Of a DNA stretch of 64,000 nucleotides, positions 60,357 to 64,000 are shown one piece after another. Origin of the DNA: Azolla caroliniana (lineage: Eukaryota > Plantae > Polypodiophyta); assembly GCA_043228905.1 (NCBI GenBank), contig JBHGNT010000007.1, positions 14,756,001 through 14,820,000 of the forward strand, given 5' to 3'. The notes under the pieces were generated by a model. It made no database searches. It was not told where the DNA came from and saw nothing but the letters and a program-made list of their open reading frames with translations. Position 1 is the stretch's first letter. Every line of letters begins with the position of its first letter. The position numbers and the translations under genes are program-made.

Positions 60357-62090
60357 TCACCTCTGTCCGCTACAAACCTCCTCTTCGTCATTTCGGTTGC
60401 CCGCCTTGCCGCCACCACCGTCCGTCTCTCTAGGTCTCACACCGGCTCTCGGGCCGGTCGCCGGAGTCTCTAGGACCGGTGTGTGGAAGGTCGCGGCACC
60501 GCCGCTCGTCTCCTCTTCTTCCTCGATTTCGCAAGCCTCGAGTATGCTCGCGAAATCCTCGTAGAACGTTTCGGGCAACCGCGTCCCGAAACTTTCGCCC
60601 ACTCTCGAAGTGGCGTCCATTGCTCCGTAGATATCGACCTCTTCCATGGCCGTCCGCTTTCCACAAGTCGAGAGGGTCGCTCGCTCCGCACCCTCTCCCA
60701 GATCGTCGCCGTGGTCGTCCGTCTTGCCGCCGCCACCGTTCATTACCCTAGGTCTCACGCGGGCACTCGGGCCGTCCGCCGGGGTCTCTTGAACCGGTGC
60801 GTGTAAGGTAGCAACGCCGCCGCTCATCGATGCTATGCCCGTAGCCACCTCCATTCGGACATCGTCGTTCGTGGCTACCCCGCCTCCGTATATGCAAGCA
60901 TCAATTATGCTTGCCGCCTCCTCTTCCACGGTCTCCTTACCGTTGTCTCGGTTGCCCGCCTTGCCGCCGCCACCGTCCGTCACTCTACGTCTCACACCGG
61001 CTCTCGGGCCGGTTGCCGGAGTCTCTAGGCCCAGTGTGCGTAAGGTCGCGGCACCGCCGCTTGTCTCCTCCTCCCTCGATGTTTCGGGCCGCCATGTCCC
61101 GAATCCGTAGTTACCGGCCTCCATGGCCGTCCATTCGCCGCAAGACGAGAGAGTCTCTCTTTCCGCACCCTCTCCCACATCGTCGCCGTCGTGGTCGCCC
61201 GCCTTGCCACCGCCACCGCCCGTCACTCTAGGTCTCACACCGGCTCTCGGGCCGGTTGCCGGAGTCTCTAGGCCCGGTGTGCGTAAGGTCGCGGCACCAC
61301 CGCTCGTCTTCTCCCCACTCGATGTTTTGGGCCTCCGTGCCCGAACTTCCTCATGTCCGTTCGAATCGGCGATCACCGCCTCACCGTCCCCGACCTCATC
61401 CTCGGTCGATCTTTCTCCGCATGTCGAGAGGGTGGCTCGCTCCGCACCCTCTCCCGTGGTACCGATGTACCATTCTCTTTCGGCCTCCTCATCCTTCGAT
61501 CGCCTCCGGCCCGACTCCATAATAAGCCCTTCTTCAGCTTCAATTTTCCCCTTCACAAGCTCGCATGCCTCCCGTATTAGCGCTTCTAGGTCGAGCTCCT
61601 CCGAACCGTTTTGCGTTGAGCTCTCTTCCGGCAGTAGTGCATACCCACTCACCGCTCTCTCTTCTCCACTGCTCGCGGGCCGTGTTGTGGCCGACCGCCT
61701 CGCATCATGTTGCCGGCAAACCCACCGATCGAACTCATGTCGACCTCTTCCTTCCGGTTCCGTGTACCTGTACGCCTCCAATAGGGCTCCCTCAAAGGAC
61801 ACCCACGACTCATGAGCTTCTCGTAGCTCCTTGACTTCCTTTTGCACCGATACGGCCGCCACGCGAGGAAAATACTCTAGCCGCATCGCCTTGTCTACGC
61901 CCCCTTTCACCATCTCGGCCTTGTAGGCTCCCAAAAATTTTGGGACCTCATTCCCATTGAACCGGCTGACTCGATCGACCACCCTTTCGACGGCTTGTTG
62001 AGCCGCATCTCGCTTCACCATCTTCCGTCCGGCTTCCATCACGATTTTTTCCATCATCTCCTCGAAGTCGAAGTCTTCTTCCATCTCCAT
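60357..62090 (-). CDS. Truncated Gag-repeat protein, copy 2
   Basis: Translation identical to copy 1. Confidence 0.8.
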   Translation of the reverse strand: MEMEEDFDFEEMMEKIVMEAGRKMVKRDAAQQAVERVVDRVSRFNGNEVPKFLGAYKAEMVKGGVDKAMRLEYFPRVAAVSVQKEVKELREAHESWVSFEGALLEAYRYTEPEGRGRHEFDRWVCRQHDARRSATTRPASSGEERAVSGYALLPEESSTQNGSEELDLEALIREACELVKGKIEAEEGLIMESGRRRSKDEEAEREWYIGTTGEGAERATLSTCGERSTEDEVGDGEAVIADSNGHEEVRARRPKTSSGEKTSGGAATLRTPGLETPATGPRAGVRPRVTGGGGGKAGDHDGDDVGEGAERETLSSCGEWTAMEAGNYGFGTWRPETSREEETSGGAATLRTLGLETPATGPRAGVRRRVTDGGGGKAGNRDNGKETVEEEAASIIDACIYGGGVATNDDVRMEVATGIASMSGGVATLHAPVQETPADGPSARVRPRVMNGGGGKTDDHGDDLGEGAERATLSTCGKRTAMEEVDIYGAMDATSRVGESFGTRLPETFYEDFASILEACEIEEEEETSGGAATFHTPVLETPATGPRAGVRPRETDGGGGKAGNRNDEEEVCSGQR

Positions 62091-63106
62091 GCTCCCTTGC
62101 CGCCCTTCACGTCGGGTTCACCAAATATGTCACGTTATTACGCGCGTGCGTGTAGAAGGGCGGGACCACGGGGGTCTTGGACTAGGGAGTGGAGGAGAAA
62201 GATTAGCTCAAGAGGAGAAGAGAACGAATATGATATTATGATAGAAGAAGAAGATGCAATCAAGATACTCAACAAGAAGTTCTATTAAGAAATGAATGAT
62301 TACAACAAAATGGTGGCCGCCGTGGCCGCACCAAACGACTATATGAAAAACCCTAAATGAAAACCCAAGAAGAAAACCCTAACCGAACCCTAACGCTCGA
62401 CCTATGTGGTATACCTCGTACACTCAAAATAGGCAACCCCCACAATGGTGCCTTCTCTCTCCTTTTATAGCACAAGGAGGGAAGACCGCTTACAAAGGTG
62501 AGACTAAAATATCCCCTTTCATTCAAAGGGGATATTTGCCTTGATTTGGGGGAGGGTGAGATTGATGGCCCCTTAACTCCCACCTCCTCACAAACAACTA
62601 GGTACCTATGTACCGCATAGTACCTCTCTCTCTCTCTCTCTCGCGTGGATGTGCGTACAACCACATCACCTTTATACCTTTATTACTATTACAAATACAT
62701 TATGTACCTGTGCAACGTTGCACATCGCTCTTTGGCTCTCGTTGCTCGGGTTTCCACTTGTGGACGAAAATCTTCACGACAACGTAACAGTGTACAGAGA
62801 GAGAGAGAGAGAAAGAGGTCGCTGCCTCTGTAGTAACCGCCGCCTGTGGCGAAGATCGTGAGAAAGAGGTCGTTGCCTCCGTGAACTCACTGTTTGTACA
62901 TTCCTACATAGTGATAGTTTACAGCTGTGGGCTGCCGTGGTTTTTCCTTGAGTTTGGGTTTTCCACGTAAACATCCTGTGTACCTTTTCTCTCCTTTGTG
63001 TCGTGTTTTTCCGTTTCCTATTTTCTGTGTATGATTCTAAGCTCGGTTGTGGCCGAGCGTTGTGCATAAGGAGCGTTGAGTTCTCGTCAAGTGGTATCAG
63101 AGCGAA

Positions 63107-64000
63107 ATGACACAGAAAATGGACGAATCGTTTGGTGGCATGTTCAAGCTCACCGGCTCCAACTATTCAGTGTGGAAGTCGAAGATGAGGGACATGCTCG
63201 TGGTTAAAGACCTCTGGCTGCCGGTTCAGTTCGGGGACAAGAGACCGGACAAAATCGACGCTGCGATATGGGAGGTGATGCACATGAAGACAACGGCGTA
63301 CATACGGTGCTTCATCGATATGAGCCTATACAACAACTTCAATGAAGAGAGCAAGGCTAATGAGCTCTGGGAGAAGATAGACATTATGTTTCAAAACAAA
63401 AATGCTGTTAATCAGGTTTCGGTATTCCGGAAGCTAGTAAGACTCCGGTACCAAGATGGCTACAGCATGGTGGAGCACATGAATTCTTTCCAGAGGCTGA
63501 TACACCAGGAAACGTCATTGGAAGTACCTCTCACCGATGAGGTACTAGTGCTACTCCTGCTCTGTTCCCTCCCGGATAGCTGGGAGACGTTGGTTGTCAC
63601 TTTGGGCAACGCCGGGCCGGAAGGAAAACGGTTATCCCTAGCAAGAGTAAAGTCGAGCTTGCTAGATGAGGAGGCGCGTCGGAAAGATAAAGATACGAGC
63701 TCCGACTCCAAAGCGCTCCTTACCGAATCGGAATGCCGAAGACATAGAAACCGTAGTCCCCAGAACCAGGAGAAGTCGGGGACACGGTCAAAGTCAAGAG
63801 GGAGGCCCACTTGCTTCTATTGCGGCAAGCCGGGACACTTCCAAAAGAACTGTCGGCATTTCCGAAAAGATAAGGAGACCGACGGTACCGATTCGAAGCG
63901 GACCCCGGACCGGAACGGTAAAGACCGGAGGGGGCTGGACCGGAAGGGAACGACGGCAATCGTGGCAAGTGAAGAAGAGTTGATGCTCATCACCGAGGAG
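63107..64000 (+). CDS. Copia C gag(-pol), open to window end
   Basis: Manual translation: MFKLTGSNYSVWKSKM...LPDSWETLV...CFYCGKPGHFQKNC, no stop. Confidence 0.88.
   Translation, partial: MTQKMDESFGGMFKLTGSNYSVWKSKMRDMLVVKDLWLPVQFGDKRPDKIDAAIWEVMHMKTTAYIRCFIDMSLYNNFNEESKANELWEKIDIMFQNKNAVNQVSVFRKLVRLRYQDGYSMVEHMNSFQRLIHQETSLEVPLTDEVLVLLLLCSLPDSWETLVVTLGNAGPEGKRLSLARVKSSLLDEEARRKDKDTSSDSKALLTESECRRHRNRSPQNQEKSGTRSKSRGRPTCFYCGKPGHFQKNCRHFRKDKETDGTDSKRTPDRNGKDRRGLDRKGTTAIVASEEELMLITEE

Larger units (their letters stand above)
53584..62781 (-). mobile_element. Three-LTR tandem non-autonomous Trp-primed element (unit 4272 bp); LTRs 53584-55393, 57856-59665, 62128-62781; TSD ACGT
   Basis: Trp PBS at 57835-57851 and 62107-62123; PPT GGTGGGGGCGGA; ACGT at 53580-53583 and 62782-62785. 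Confidence 0.94.
53029..64000 (+). mobile_element. Copia C; 5' LTR split into 53029-53583 and 62786-63089; runs off window
   Basis: TGTTGGG start, 54-bp U3 repeats, Met PBS TGGTATCAGAGCG at 63092. Confidence 0.92.

Overview
Plant nuclear DNA, most likely from a non-seed plant (inferred from a Tcn1-type chromovirus and an unusual tRNA-Trp-primed Gypsy lineage). About 80% is nested LTR retrotransposons around one host gene, a GPI-anchored GH17 beta-1,3-glucanase (~24.4-25.6 kb), and a decayed L1 LINE. Left nest: 3' half of a non-chromovirus Gypsy with a large extra ORF (E1), a non-autonomous 3.2 kb LTR element (E2), and Copia A interrupted by a young Copia B. Right nest: a fresh Trp-primed Gypsy (G2) in Copia D, Copia E, a chromovirus, two solo LTRs, and a three-LTR tandem non-autonomous element inside a Copia C LTR. 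Strongest signals: (1) E1 and E2 have a conserved tRNA-Arg 3'-end copy ending in CCA where the polypurine tract should be, suggesting both cDNA strands are tRNA-primed; (2) all four Trp-lineage insertions have 4-bp target duplications centred on CG; (3) antisense tRNA-like A/B boxes in LTRs of two lineages; (4) a G_GAU_UUU plus pseudoknot -1 frameshift between protease and RT. All comparisons were done by eye, and tRNA and lineage identities are from memory.
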